The notes below the pieces were generated by a model. It was not told where the DNA came from. It was given only the letters and a program-made list of their open reading frames with translations, and made no database searches. A program made the position numbers and the translations under genes. A stretch of DNA of 64,000 nt from Heterodontus francisci. Lineage: Eukaryota. The stretch spans positions 29,618,854-29,682,853 of the forward strand of contig NC_090406.1 of the NCBI RefSeq assembly GCF_036365525.1, written 5' to 3'. Shown here piece after piece: positions 39,986 through 51,947 of this stretch (its first letter is position 1; the number at the start of each line of letters is the position of its first letter).

Positions 39986-41729
39986 ACAGGAGCATCACTT
40001 CTGTTCGGGAGGGGAAAACTATGCTTGTCAGGAGGTGGGAAGAAACCTGTTGTTGCATAGATTAAAAAATCTGCAACATGTTCTGGGAGTAGAAGCAAGT
40101 AAATGAATTTTCTTGCAGCATATGTCAGCACATTAAAACCCAGTGAGTACTCACCTGGCTTTTTTGTGCTTCTGTAGGAACAGATTCAGATGAGGCAGCA
40201 TCATTTCCAGGTCCCCAAAGACTTAACAGCAACTCCATTGCAAGTGCCAGAGGTTCCAGCCAATTCACTGGTCGCCACAAATCCAAAGTGTTGAGCTCAC
40301 TTTTTCTCAGATGCTGACACACCAGTGCTAATGGAGCAGATCAGGTTGTACAGGGTAAGACTACTGGGAATTCATGGAAGGAAACCAGTGAAAGGATCAC
40401 AACAGCCATGTGTAGAGAGGTGTCAGTGGTTCAGAATGCGACATGTCTCACATCCAAGATTGCAGCCAGTACTAGGAGGTCACTGACCTGACAAAGGCAG
40501 GCAAGATAAGAGAACTGCCACTTCCTCCTATTCATTTTGGCACCATGGATCCCCTTTGATGTTCTCACTTCTTCAATGGAATTAAAAATCATCATGCACA
40601 GCACAACATAGTTTAATGGCTCTGTAACCCCTTCACCTGGAACCAGTTTTTGGAATTCCTCTCACCAGTCTTTCCTGCACACAACTTCAAACTTATATTT
40701 TTGGTGTACTTTTTTGCAGTTGCTCTTGTGTACTATCAGCTGTTTCCTGGCAGCTGGGAGATATCCATCCAATGATTGCCTTCGTCCAATGTTACTACTC
40801 TTATTGCAGGAGAAAATGCCACATAGTTCACAGGAGAGGCAAGCCACTTTTTGTAGGACCTAAGGCTGCTCATAATGGGCAAGCAATGAAGTTGTTGGGA
40901 GAACCATTCCACATTGGTTGTCACCAACAGAGGGTTTGGTGGGTCTTTTCTAGCTGTAGGTGAGTGTGTGTAAAACAGTGCTGGTACCTGTTGTGGTAGT
41001 AGTTAACTTTACTCAACTGCCAGAAAACCCCAGAACATTGCTTTCTCTACTTAATCTGTCTCTCTGGGTGGTGCTGACTCAATCTTAGTTCCTTTCCTCT
41101 TCAACTGAGAAGGAGGAGGAGGAAGAGGATTCTGGCTATGGTCCATCTCTTTAACAGGTGTGCCACTCACCTTCTCTTCCCCATCCCCCCAACTCAAAGA
41201 CTTTCAACCAGAAGGACACAGATTGTAGGAATAAGCAATTAATACTGAGGGAGTCATAGAACTAGGAGTGGAAGATTCAGCTTTTCTTAGAGATGGCTAG
41301 CCTTGGCTTAGGAGCCAGTGGGCTCAAATCTCATGATCTCTCATCTGAAAACACTGATGTTTAATGAGCATCATACTATGTGTACACGTTGAGGTTCAGC
41401 AGATGACACCAGTTCATTCTCATTAGATACACACTTCAAAATAAAAAGTAGTGCAGGGCTATGGGGCAAGAGTAGAGGAGTGTGGGTAGCTGTTTTAAGA
41501 CACAACGGGCTGAATGACCACCTTTAGCGCTGCAAGATTCTATAATCAAGGAATCATTTTCCTCCTTGCAGACATCAATGGAGCATGCAGCAGCGTCATT
41601 GCAGACCAGAATTATTCTCCATCCTAATAGTATAGCCCAGAAGGTCAGTGTATTCTCCATATTGGAAGCATAGTGTGCAGCCCTGGGGGATAGACTTGAA
41701 AGAGCCCTGCATTCCAACCTTCAAAGACT

Positions 41730-42780
41730 TAGAATCATAGAAACATAGAAGTTACAGCACAGAAGGAAGCCATTCTGCCCATTGTGTCCATGCCAGCTCT
41801 CTGCAACAGCAGCTCACCTAGTCCTACTCCCCTGCCTTTTCCCCATAGCCCTGCAAATTTTCTCTCTTCAGATAATTATTCAATTCCCTTTTGAAAGCCA
41901 GAATTGAATCTGCCTTCATCACACTCTCAGATAGTGCATTTGGATCCTAGCCACTCACTACATAAAGTGTTTCCTTATGTCACCACTGTTTCTTTTGCTA
42001 ATCACCTTAAGTCAGTGACCTCTGGTTCTCGATCCTTCCACGAATGGGAACAGTTTCTCCCTATCTACTCTTCATCATTTTTGAACACCTCTATCAAATC
42101 TTCTCTTTTCCAAGAACAGCCCCAACTTCTCCAATCTATCCACAGAACTGAAGTTCTTCATCCCTGGAACCATTCTCATGAAACTTTTCGGCCACCTTAA
42201 TGCTTACAAGTGTGGTGCCCAGAACTGGACACAATTGAGGCTGAACCAGTGTTTTATACAGGTTTATCATAACTTCCTTGTTTTTGTATTCTATGCCCCT
42301 ATTTATAAAGCCCAGGATCCTACATGCTTTACTAACCGCTTTCTCAATCTGCCCTACCACCTTCAATGATTTGTGCACAAAAACCCCCAAATCCCTCCAC
42401 TCCTGCAGCCTCTTTATAGAATTGTACCTTTTTATTTTATATTACCTCTCCTCATTCTTCTGAACAAAATGAATCACTGCACACTTCTCTGCATTAAACT
42501 TCATCTGCCACTTGTCCACCCGTTCCACCAGCCTGTCTAAGTCCTCTTGAGGTCTATCACTATCCTCCTCACAATACTTCCAAGTTTTGTGTCATCTGCA
42601 AATTTTGAAATTGTGTCTTGTACACCCACGTCTATGTCATTAATGTAGATCAAGAAAAGTAGGGGTCCTAACATCAACCTCTGGGGAACCCCACTGTACA
42701 CCTTCCTCCGGTCTGAAAAACAACCGTTCACCATTACTCTGTTTCCTGTCACTCAGCTAATTTTATATCCATGCATCCAT
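41730..42780 (-). mobile_element. CR1 3' fragment
   Basis: [27 protein letters not shown] on the minus strand; TTCTATG tail. Confidence 0.85.
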
Positions 42781-42794
42781 CCACACACCTTCCC

Positions 42795-42975
42795 CTTTAT
42801 TCTCTTCCCCACCAACCGCCCCCCCCCCACTTTCACTTGCTTAAAGCCTAATTCTTTTCTAACCTTTGCAGTTCTGATGAAAGGTCACAGACCTGAAACA
42901 TTAATTCTGCTTCTCTCTCCACAGATGCTGCCAGACCTGCTGAGTATTTCTAGCACTTTCTGTTTTTATTTCATA
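42795..42975 (+). mobile_element. Solo Penelope terminal (pLTR) fragment carrying a hammerhead motif at 42870-42906
   Basis: AGTT-CTGATGA-A-AGGTC-ACA-GACCT-GAAA-CAT-T-AATT followed by CACAGATGCTGCCAGACCTGCTGAGT, which is shared with the Penelope ends. Confidence 0.75.
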
Positions 42976-42989
42976 TCTATGCTGTTACT

Positions 42990-43520
42990 GTCTCCACATT
43001 TAAGAAAGGACGTACTTGCACTTGAGCAGTGCAGCGAAGATTTACGAGATTGGTCCCTGGGATGAGGGGGTTGTCCTATGATGAGACGCTGAGTAAATTG
43101 GGTCTATATTCTCTGGAGTTTAGAAGAATGAGAAGCGATCTAATTGAGACATACAAGATTCTGAAAGGGCTTGATAGGGTAGAAACTGAGATTGTTCCCA
43201 CTGGTCAGGGAATCTAGAACACGATAACACAGTCTCAGGATAAGGAGTCAATCATTCAGGACTGAAATGAGGAGAAATTACTTCACTCAGAGGGTTGTGG
43301 ATCTTTGGAATTCTCTACCTCAGAGTGTTGTGGATGCTTCATCATTGAATACATTTAAGGCTGGGATAGATAGATTTTTGGTCTCGCAGGGAATGAAGGG
43401 ATATGGGGAACGGGCAAGAAAGTGGAATTGAAGCACAAGATCAGCCATGATCATGTTGAATGGCGGAGCAGACTCGATGGGCCACATGGTCTACTTCTGC
43501 TTCTATTTCTTGTGTTCTTT
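42990..43520 (+). mobile_element. CR1 3' fragment
   Basis: VQRRFTRLVPGM..LGLYSLEFRRMR..DLIE; CR1 3' UTR. Confidence 0.88.
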
Positions 43521-43979
43521 TATTCCACAGGTTCTAACTTTGGTGACAAGCCTGGTATGTGGCCTTTTATCAAATGCTGTTTTGGAAGTCCATGTACACC
43601 ACATCAACAGCATTACCTTCATTAACCCTCTCTGTTACCTCATGAGGCCAAGCTACTGGAAGCAACCTCAGCACTTTCAGCACTTCCAAGATCATGTCTA
43701 TTTCAAACCGTATTGCATCTGCCTAGTTAAAGCCAAAACTCGAAGCAAACTTGAAGGTGAAACTCATCCAAATCTCCCCTTTACCAACCCCACTCCACAT
43801 CCAAATCCAAACTAGAGTAACCAACCCTCCAGGAATTGAAGATTTATCTCCAGGACACTCCTAGGATGCATTCATTGGCAATTTTAACCCAGTCCCAGCC
43901 CACCCTCCTTTCCCAATGCTTAACCCACATCTTCCCCATGCCAAGCTGAAGGTTGAAACGCCAACTACACTCACCGCCT

Positions 43980-44218
43980 AACCTGATTGGTGCAAAGTCT
44001 GTGTCAAGAATCATGCTGCGCGATCTGATTGGACCAATGGCCAATCTGTTCTATTATTGGTCAATTTACTTGACCAGTGCTTTCGCAACCCCTGTTGTGA
44101 TTGGGGAAGGTCGTTCTCCAATTCTGTGCTATGATTGGCGGAGGGAGTGATTGACGGGAGACAGTGCGTTATGATTGGCTGTTCTGGACTTGCGCCCTGG
44201 AAGGCGGGAAGGCTGGTG
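43980..44218 (+). promoter_or_regulatory. POLE4 promoter: CCAAT-box cluster plus E2F-like site
   Basis: CCAAT/ATTGG at 43986, 44028, 44034, 44041, 44056, 44100, 44118, 44134 and 44174. GGCGGGAA at 44203-44210. CpG-rich, no TATA box. Confidence 0.75.
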
Positions 44219-44437
44219 ATGGAGGAGCAGCAGAACCCAACGGCGGCAGTGGAGCCGGGCCAAAGCCCACAGTTGGAGGCCGAGGCTGAAGTGGAGAGGC
44301 CCGGCTCTGCCCCGCTCCCTGGGCTGCAGCAGAAACTGCTCCGGTTGCCACTGAGCCGAATCAAGGGGCTGATGAAGGCCGATCCCGAAGTATCACTGGC
44401 GAGTCAGGAGGCCGTGTTCGCCATCGGCAAAGCCACG
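44219..44437 (+). CDS. POLE4: DNA polymerase epsilon subunit 4, exon 1
   Basis: MEEQQ..RLPLSRIKGLMKADPEVSLASQEAVFAIGKAT, the start of the histone fold; donor ACG|GTGAG. Confidence 0.92.
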
Positions 44438-44659
44438 GTGAGTGTGTGCCGAGCGACCCCGGGGATCCCGACCCAGCCCAGAGCAGCAACAGCCCGTCTG
44501 AGGTTCTGACTGGCAGCGTTGGAGGCCGCCGGTCCTTCCTGCGTTTCAGTCACCGTCTCCAGGGGGTAAAACTCCAGTATTGACGGATCTTTGCCTGCGT
44601 TTGTAGTTTTGGTCCTGAATCCCCCCACGATAGAATGGCTTTGGAGGGAGTGTATTATT

Positions 44660-45075
44660 ATTACCAGAATAACACCTGGACTCCAAATGTTAAATTGTGA
44701 GGAGAGATTACACAAATTAGCCTTGTATTCCTTGGAATTCAGAAAATTAAGGGGTAGAGGGACAGAAACTTTTGGCTAGTTGAGGAGTCTAGGATTGGGG
44801 CATAGTCAAAGAAAATTAGAGCCAGAGCTTTTAGGAGTGAAGTTAGGAAACATTTCACACAAAGGATGGTAGAAGTTTTTGGACTCTCTCAAATTGCAAT
44901 TGATGCTAATTGCATCAATTTTAAAACTGAGTTTTTTTTCCTTAACCAAAGGTATTAAGGGATATGAGGCAAAGACACGGTGATGGAGTTAGTTGACTGT
45001 GATCAGCTGTGATCTCATTGAATGGTGGAATAGGCTTTGAGCGGCTAAATGTTCTTCTACTGTTCCTTTGTACTC
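44660..45075 (+). mobile_element. Degenerate CR1 3' fragment
   Basis: TRITPGL..EERLHKLALYSLEFRKLRG; CR1-like 3' UTR. Confidence 0.75.
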
Positions 45076-45237
45076 TTGCACTCAAATAGTCACCCTGTGC
45101 ATGTTGGCATGGGGCAGCCCAGTGGCACCTCTAGAAAGGGGCTCCCTCTACTCGCTGAAGTCAATCATAACTCATTCCCCTGGTGCTGTGGATTTGCTGC
45201 CTCCTTTTCACCTTTACCAAGGCTTGGATATTTTCCT

Positions 45238-47374
45238 AAAATAAAAGCAAAATACTGCGGATGCTGGAAATCTGAAATAAAAACAAGAAATGCTGGAACC
45301 ACTCAGCAGGTCTGGCAGCATCTGTGGAATGAGAAGCAGAGTTCATGTTTCGGCTCAGTGACCCTTCTTCGGAACTGACAAATATTAGAAAAGTCACAGG
45401 TTATAAGCAAGTGAGGTGGGGGTGGGGCAAGAGATAACAAAGGAGGTCTAGATTGGACCAGGCCACATAGCTGACCAAAAGGTCATGGAGCAAAGGCAAA
45501 CAATATGTTAATGGTGTGTTGGAAGACAAAGCATTAGTACAGATTAGGTGTAAATACACTGAATATTGAACAGCAGCAAGTGCAAACCTGAAAAAAAACA
45601 GTGGGTAAGCAAACTGAACAAACTAAGATGAAATGAAATAAATGCAAAAACAAGATTGTACAAAAGAATGTAAAAAAAAAAGAAAAAATAACTAAAAATG
45701 AAAATAAAATGGGGGGCTGTCATGCTCTGAAATTATTGAACTCAATGTTCAGTCCGGCAGGCTGTAGTGTGCCTAATCGGTAGATGAGATGCTGTTCCTC
45801 GAGCTTGCGTTGATGTTCACTGGAACACTGCAGCAATCCCAGGACAGAGATGTGAGCATGAGAGCAAGGGGGGAGTGTTGATGAATGTATCGGTGCCGTT
45901 TCCTGCTCCCGCCCCGAACTAGAAAACTTTATCAACTTTGCTTCCAATTTTCACCCTTCTCCCACCTTTACATGGTCCATCTCTGACACTTCCCTTCCCT
46001 TCCTCGACTTCTCTGTCTCCATCTCTGGGGATAGGTTGTCTACCAATATCCATTATAAGCCCACCGACTCCCACAGCTACCTCGACTACACTTCTTCACA
46101 CCCTACCTCCTGTAAGGACTCCATTCCATTCTCCCAGTTTCTCCGTCTCCGACGCATCTGCTCTGATGATGCTCCCTTCCATGACGGTGCTTCTGATATG
46201 ACCTCCTTTTTCCTCAACCGAGGATTTCCCCCCACTGTGGTTGACAGGGCCCTCAACCGTGTCCGACCCATTTCCCGCACCTCTACCCTCACCCCTTCCC
46301 CTCCCTCCCAGAACCGTGACAGGGTTCCCCTTGTCCTCACTTTTCATCCCACCAGCCTCCATATCCAAAGGATCATCCTCTGCCATTTTCGCCACCTCCA
46401 GCGTGATGCCACTACCAGTCGCATCTTCCCCTCCCTTCCCCTGTCAGCATTCCGAAGGGATCGTTCCCTCCGCGACACCCTGGTCCACTCCTCCATTACC
46501 CCCACCACCTCGTCCCCGTCCCAGGGCACCTTCCCCTGCAATCGCAGGAGGTGTAATACCTGCCCATTTACCTCCTCTCTCCTCACTATCCCAGGCCCCA
46601 AACACTCCTTTCAGGTGAAGCAGCGATTTACTTGTACTTCTTTCAATGTAGTATACTGTATTCGCTGCTCACAATGTGGTCTCCTCTACATTGGGGAGAC
46701 CAAGCGCAGACTGGGTGACCGCTTTACGGAACACCTCCGCTCAGTCTGCAAGCAGGACCCTGAGCTTCCGGTTGCTTGCCATTTCAACACTCCCCCCCTG
46801 CTCTCATGCTCACATCTCTGTCCTGGGATTGCTGCAGTGTTCCAGTGAACATCAACGCAAGCTCGAGGAACAGCATCTCATCTACCGATTAGGCACACTA
46901 CAGCCTGCCGGACTGAACATTGAGTTCAATAATTTCAGAGCATGACAGCCCCCCATTTTATTTTCATTTTTAGTTATTTTTTCTTCCTTTTTATTTTACA
47001 TTCTTTTTTACATTTTTTACAATCTTTTTTTTGCATTTATTTCATTTCATCTTAGTTTGTTCAGTTTGCTTACCCACTGTTTTTTTTCAGGTTTGCACTT
47101 GTATTTACACCTAATCTGTACTAATGCTTTGTCTTTCAAAACACCATTAACATATTGTTTGCCTTTGCTCCATGACCTTTTGGTCAGCTATGTGCCCTGG
47201 TCCAATCTAGACCTCCTTTGTTATCTCTTGCCCCACCCCCACCTCACTTGCTTATAACCTGTGACTTTTCTAATATTTGTCAGTTCCGAAGAAGGGTCTC
47301 TGATCCGAAACGTTAACTCTGCTTCTCATTCCACAGATGCTGCCAGACCTGCTGAGTGGTTCCAGCATTTCTTG
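45238..47374 (+). mobile_element. Penelope-like element with inverted 5' pLTR, in POLE4 intron 1
   Basis: 45881-46945 encodes the RT thumb, CNRRRCNTC and GIY-YIG (VVYCIRC..YIGETKRRL..EH). About 45282-45880 is an inverted copy of about 46786-47375. 14-bp TSD TTGGATATTTTCCT at 45224-45237 and 47375-47388. Confidence 0.93.
47282..47318 (+). ncRNA. Minimal hammerhead ribozyme motif (CCGAAGA core variant)
   Basis: AGTT-CCGAAGA-A-GGGTC-TCT-GATCC-GAAA-CGT-T-AACT. The mirror copy at 45340-45376 (minus) has GAAA-CAT-G. Confidence 0.7.
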
Positions 47375-47419
47375 TTGGATATTTTCCTTATGTCCCAGTT
47401 ACCAGACTGTTGTATTTTA

Positions 47420-47775
47420 GTTTTTTTTTTAAGAGATACAGCACTGAAACAGGCCCTTCGGCCCACCGATTCTGTGCCAACCATCAACCACCCATTTATA
47501 CTAATCCTACACTAATCCCATATTCCTATCACATCCCCACCTGTCCCTATATATTTCCCTACCACCTACCTATACGAGGGGCAATTTATAATGGCCAATT
47601 AACCTATCAACCTGCAAGTCTTTGGCATGTGGGAGGAAACCGGAGCACCCGGAGGAAACCCACGCAGACACAGGGAGAACTTGCAAACTCCGCACAGGCA
47701 GTACCCAGAATCGAACCCGGGTCCCTGGAGCTGTGAGACTGCGGTGCTGACCACTGCGCCACTGTGCCGCCCCTG
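47420..47775 (-). mobile_element. tRNA-derived SINE (HE1/V-SINE-like)
   Basis: Minus strand GGGCGGCACAGTGGCGCAGTGG...GGTTCGATTCT; highly similar to 24945-25262. Confidence 0.85.
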
Positions 47776-48349
47776 TTTATAGATAACAGTAAAATGTCCC
47801 AACAACAGACAAAAAAATTGACATTGAACTGAAGATTTTAAGACAAGTGACTAAAAGCTTGGTCAAAAAGTAGGTTTTAAGGAAGGTAGAGAGAAGTTTG
47901 GGGAGGAAATTTGAATTTAGATCCTTGACAGCTGAAGTTGTGCCTCCCCCCCCCCCCCCCCCCCCCCGCCCCCAACCAGCTGCTTGTTTTGGGGGAGGGG
48001 GGCAGTGTGTAAAATTCCAGCCATGGTGTCTTGGCATGTTCCTAATGTCAGGAGGGCAGAGATGCTGTGAAGGTAATCCATCCTGTTGGCAGCTGTATAG
48101 AGGCAGACACAACTTGGATGCTGCCAGCAGCTGCTGCTACTAGTGCCAATATATTTCTCCTATCAGGTTACCTTCCTGGTTAATTAACTGTTGTGAACTG
48201 TTGCAATGTACCAACTCTACCACTCTTTCCAAGCATCGTTTCTGTGGAATCTGCATGCATGCAGTTGGTTCACATAGAACACAGTCACCATGATGGCTGG
48301 TAACCAATAGAATTACTGACTAATGGGCACAGTATAAGTGAACAACGAT

Positions 48350-48685
48350 AACTTTTATTTTTATATGGCTTATTTAACATAAAGCGTCTGAAGGCGCTTC
48401 ATAGGAGCGTTATAAAGCAAAATTTGTCACCGAGCCACACATGGTAATATTAGGGCAGATAAACAAAGTACTGGGTTTTAAGGAGTGTCTTTAAAGGAAG
48501 GTGGAGAAGTCGACAGGCAAAGAGGTTTATGGAGGGAATTCCAGAGCTTGGGGCCTAGGCAGCTGAAGGCATAGCCATCAATAGTGGAGTAATTAAAATT
48601 AGGGATACTCGAGACCAGAAATAGATGAGTTGTGGGGCTGGAGAAGATGGGAGGGGCGAGGCCATGGAGGGATTTGAAAATAAAT
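48350..48685 (-). mobile_element. L2-like 3' end
   Basis: FKSLHGLAPP..AFSCLGPKLWNSL on the minus strand. Confidence 0.7.
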
Positions 48686-49639
48686 GTCACACTTGTGGGA
48701 AGTGCAGTGATGGAAATACAAAAATAAACTGGAGTGTTATTTTAAAAAGACAACTTAAAAGACTGGTACACTTGCCTTCAGCAAGATGGAGGATAAAGTC
48801 ACATGACATACACCTTCCCCTGCACTGAAATGCACATTCATGTCTACCAGAACTAAAATTCATGAACCCTGACTGCAATAAAAGTATAGACACCTCAGTT
48901 TACATGGATGTGTGCTATTTACAAAAATGAGCTAAAATAAAGGCACACTCAGATGCCCCATATCCAACTACAATAAAGTGTGAAAATACCTCATCTTATC
49001 AAAGTAGATTGGCATCAGAAGCTATTGTGTAGCCCTTCAGGAACTGAAACCTAAAGTTCCATGGACAAGACTAACACTTAGTGAGTTTACCTTTTAAAGG
49101 TAACCTTTTTTGGAGAACGTCAAGACATCAGCCAGAGATCTCTAGCAAGGGAGAACATCGAAAGCCATCTACAATTCCAGCACAAGGCTGAGAGAGAGAT
49201 CAATTCCAGTGAAGACAGTTGAACCCTGCTGAGACGAGTTTGCAACCAACTGCAGCAGAAAAATGAGAGTGACTTTTAAACAACTCCACCTGTGAAAATT
49301 GAACCACAAAATGTCAGCACTGTCTTCAAACTGAAGCGTTGACAGCTAGAAGATTTCAACATCCTAGCAAATGCAAGACAACCAGCAAACAGGCCTGCAA
49401 CTTTAAAAACTTATCTTTCAAAAGGATCCCACAAACTTTTACACCTTGAACTCTTAACACCTCCTACCCTATACTTTCTCCCTATCTTTAATGTGCATGT
49501 GATAGTGTATGATGTTGCAATCATTTCAGGTGATATTCAATAAATATTTAATCTTCTGTTTCAAGTCAGTGGGAAAACCTATCACGACCTGTTAATTTGG
49601 CAAACAAAGCACAAGGGCTGAAACGCTAGTTTGAGAAAA

Positions 49640-50461
49640 ATGCTGTCTGCGGTGTTCTGCAGGCCCCACCTGCCAAGAATAAGGCACAGTAATTTCACCA
49701 CATGGACATTAAATTTCAAATTGTTGCTGGGAAGAAAAGGCCTGTAACAAGAAGTTGCCAGGCCCCTGGCTGGAAAGACATTTTTGCATATTAACAGTGC
49801 GTGGAACAAAGGAGCTATCCCCTGCTCCAATACAATCCACAAACCGATGTGGTCAAACCAGTTAGTCACATGACTGACCTGATTTAGCAGTCTGGGTTTT
49901 TTTCTGAATTGTATAGTTTTGAACAGAGTCTGCAGAACGCAGAATGCTCCTGGACTGAAGAAGATTACCTCTCCTGCCTGTCTGTTCCCATCTCTTCCTC
50001 ACGGAACTCCAAAACCCACTGAAGACACATGCACCCCAAGAGAAAAGTCTCCTACAGCGAACAAGGTTTAAGAAGAATACTGGGCCCCAACAAAAAGCAA
50101 GATTTAAGTACAATCAAGGACTCTACGGTGAGCTCGAAGACCCGTAACAAAAACTCTTCAGATATTGGCTCAGACTTTTTCACTTTTTTTCTTTTTCTCT
50201 ATCTGCACGTGTATCGCCTATGCGTGCTAGCATGGGCGTTAACCGAATTAGAGTTGAAGTTTAATAAATTTCAGTTTTCTTTAAACCTACGACCACCTGT
50301 TTGTACTGGTTTCTTTGATCACCACTTTCCAATTATAAGGCAATGATTCACCAAGGGGGAGCCAAAAACCTGCTTGTGTTTAAAATTTAAACCCTGTTAC
50401 AGTAAGACCAGGTGAAGGCTGAAAGGGAACCCTAGACCCCCCCTCTCACCTGATCGTAACA
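49640..50461 (+). mobile_element. Possible solo-LTR-like fragment
   Basis: Ends CTCACCTGATCGTAACA (LTR-like ..CA end) with AATAAA at about 50263. Left TG end not identified. Confidence 0.35.
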
Positions 50462-50826
50462 GCAGTCAGTTGGGAGGTGACAAGCAAAAACCAACCACCC
50501 CATTTCCCAGTTGCCTGTAACACTAGGATGAGAATTTTGAAATTCAGTCATTACTCTGCCTGAGTTTGTATAATCATTTAATCTCTGGTATTAAACAGTG
50601 ACATTGATCATCTTGCAAAAGAGTGGATTAATGAAGCTTTAGACTTAAGAAAAGCTTTCATCTTGGCTCCTGTATTATTTATTACTGAGGCAAAGGTAAC
50701 TTTCCTCCTTGAGGCAGGGTATAGTGGGCTGCCTGAAGTGCTGGGCCTGATTAGGAAAGAGACTAGAGATGTGTGGGGCCTATTGGAAGTATGTATTGGG
50801 CCACATGGAGAGGGAGGATAAACTAG

Positions 50827-51030
50827 GCAATCTGGGTATCCCAATGACTGGACAATGAATGCAATCTGGGTATCCCAAAGACTGGACAATGAATGCAATC
50901 TGGGTATCCCAAAGACTGGACAATGAATGCAATCTGGGTATCCCAAAGACTGAACCATGAATGCAATCTGGGTATCCCAAAGACTGAACCATGAATGCAA
51001 TCTGGGTATCGCAATGACTGAACAATGAAT
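50827..51030. repeat. 34-bp minisatellite, 6 copies
   Basis: Unit GCAATCTGGGTATCCCAAAGACTGGACAATGAAT starting at 50827, 50861, 50895, 50929, 50963 and 50997. Confidence 0.97.
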
Positions 51031-51047
51031 GTGGTTTCTCCTGACAG

Positions 51048-51132
51048 GAGCTGTTTGTTGAAGTAATCGCAAAGGATGCGTACACGTACGCTCTACAAGG
51101 AAAGCGGAAAACTATCCAACGGAAGGACGTGG
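51048..51132 (+). CDS. POLE4: POLE4 exon 2
   Basis: ctgacag|GAG; ELFVEVIAKDAYTYALQGKRKTIQRKDV; G|GTGAG. Confidence 0.93.
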
Positions 51133-51251
51133 GTGAGTCTGCCAGCAGCTTCTGTTATGCCAGACTTGTACTGAGTTGTCAGAGCATACATCAGGGCCTT
51201 TGTGGGATTATAATGTGTGTGTGAGGGGCTAGGTTTTGAAGTGTTGAGCTA

Positions 51252-51349
51252 AGCTGGAGTTCAGGGGCGGTTGCTTCAGTGAGATAGTTGTGGTTTTGAT
51301 AGCTGGAGTTCAGGGGCGGTTGCTTCAGTGAGATAGTTGTGGTTTTGAT
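51252..51349. repeat. Exact 49-bp tandem duplication
   Basis: AGCTGGAGTTCAGGGGCGGTTGCTTCAGTGAGATAGTTGTGGTTTTGAT, two copies. Confidence 0.95.
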
Positions 51350-51394
51350 TTGATTTCCATGTTGCTGAATGATGCCTTTTTATTTCTCTTTCAG

Positions 51395-51436
51395 ATACTG
51401 CAGTTGATGCCACGGATGAATTTGCATTTTTGGAAG
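51395..51436 (+). CDS. POLE4: POLE4 exon 3
   Basis: ttcag|AT; (D)TAVDATDEFAFLE; G|GTAAA. Confidence 0.92.
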
Positions 51437-51919
51437 GTAAATGCTTCCTCCCTCTGCTTAGCAACAAGTAATCTTTATGGTAGCTGTTTTCTCTTGATCC
51501 TACTACCATTACTTCCTACTTAGTTTCCTCATAATTCATGGACATTGTCATCAGGACAGGAGTGTAGGAAACTGATCATGTAACTTTTATTGCTTTGTGC
51601 TCACCCAGTAGAGGAGGTATTGCTGCTGCAAGGTGCAGCAGACAGTTAGTTACCTTGAATTGAGGTACTAATGTGAAGGCTCAAACTTGTTGAATTACAC
51701 AAACTATCTGTGCTGTTGTTAATCTTCCATATGATCAATGGTATCATCATGTGCCCACCCTGTTTCCTCAACCACCTATCTAATCTGTTCTTGAATGTTG
51801 GCATGATCCCATTGCCAATCAGATTCTGGGAGTACATTCCACAGCTTCACAGTTTTTTTTTAAAGTCCTAAATCTCTTGCATTTTAATCTTTTTTTATGT
51901 CCACTTGATCAGGACACGC

Positions 51920-51947
51920 CACACACACACACACACACACACACACA
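51920..51947. repeat. (CA)n microsatellite inside a decayed CR1
   Basis: Direct dinucleotide run. Confidence 0.9.

Noticed and set aside
44135-44218. Longer POLE4 N-terminus suggested by the ORF track
   Set aside because: It begins at a TTG inside the CCAAT cluster. The ATG at 44171 is in frame but overlaps a CCAAT box, and ATG 44219 gives a typical POLE4 length.
45340-45376. Active hammerhead in the left inverted arm
   Set aside because: It reads GAAA-CAT-G, so the palindrome is lost and G occupies the cleavage position, and stem II has a mismatch. Predicted inactive.
47940-47975. Poly-proline ORFs or G-quadruplex from C/G homopolymers (also 19396-19413)
   Set aside because: Simple homopolymer runs inside repeats; run lengths are unreliable and nothing else supports a function.
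50827-51030. CRISPR-like array of 34-bp repeats
   Set aside because: The units are head-to-tail with no unique spacers, there are no cas genes, and the context is a eukaryotic intron. It is a minisatellite.
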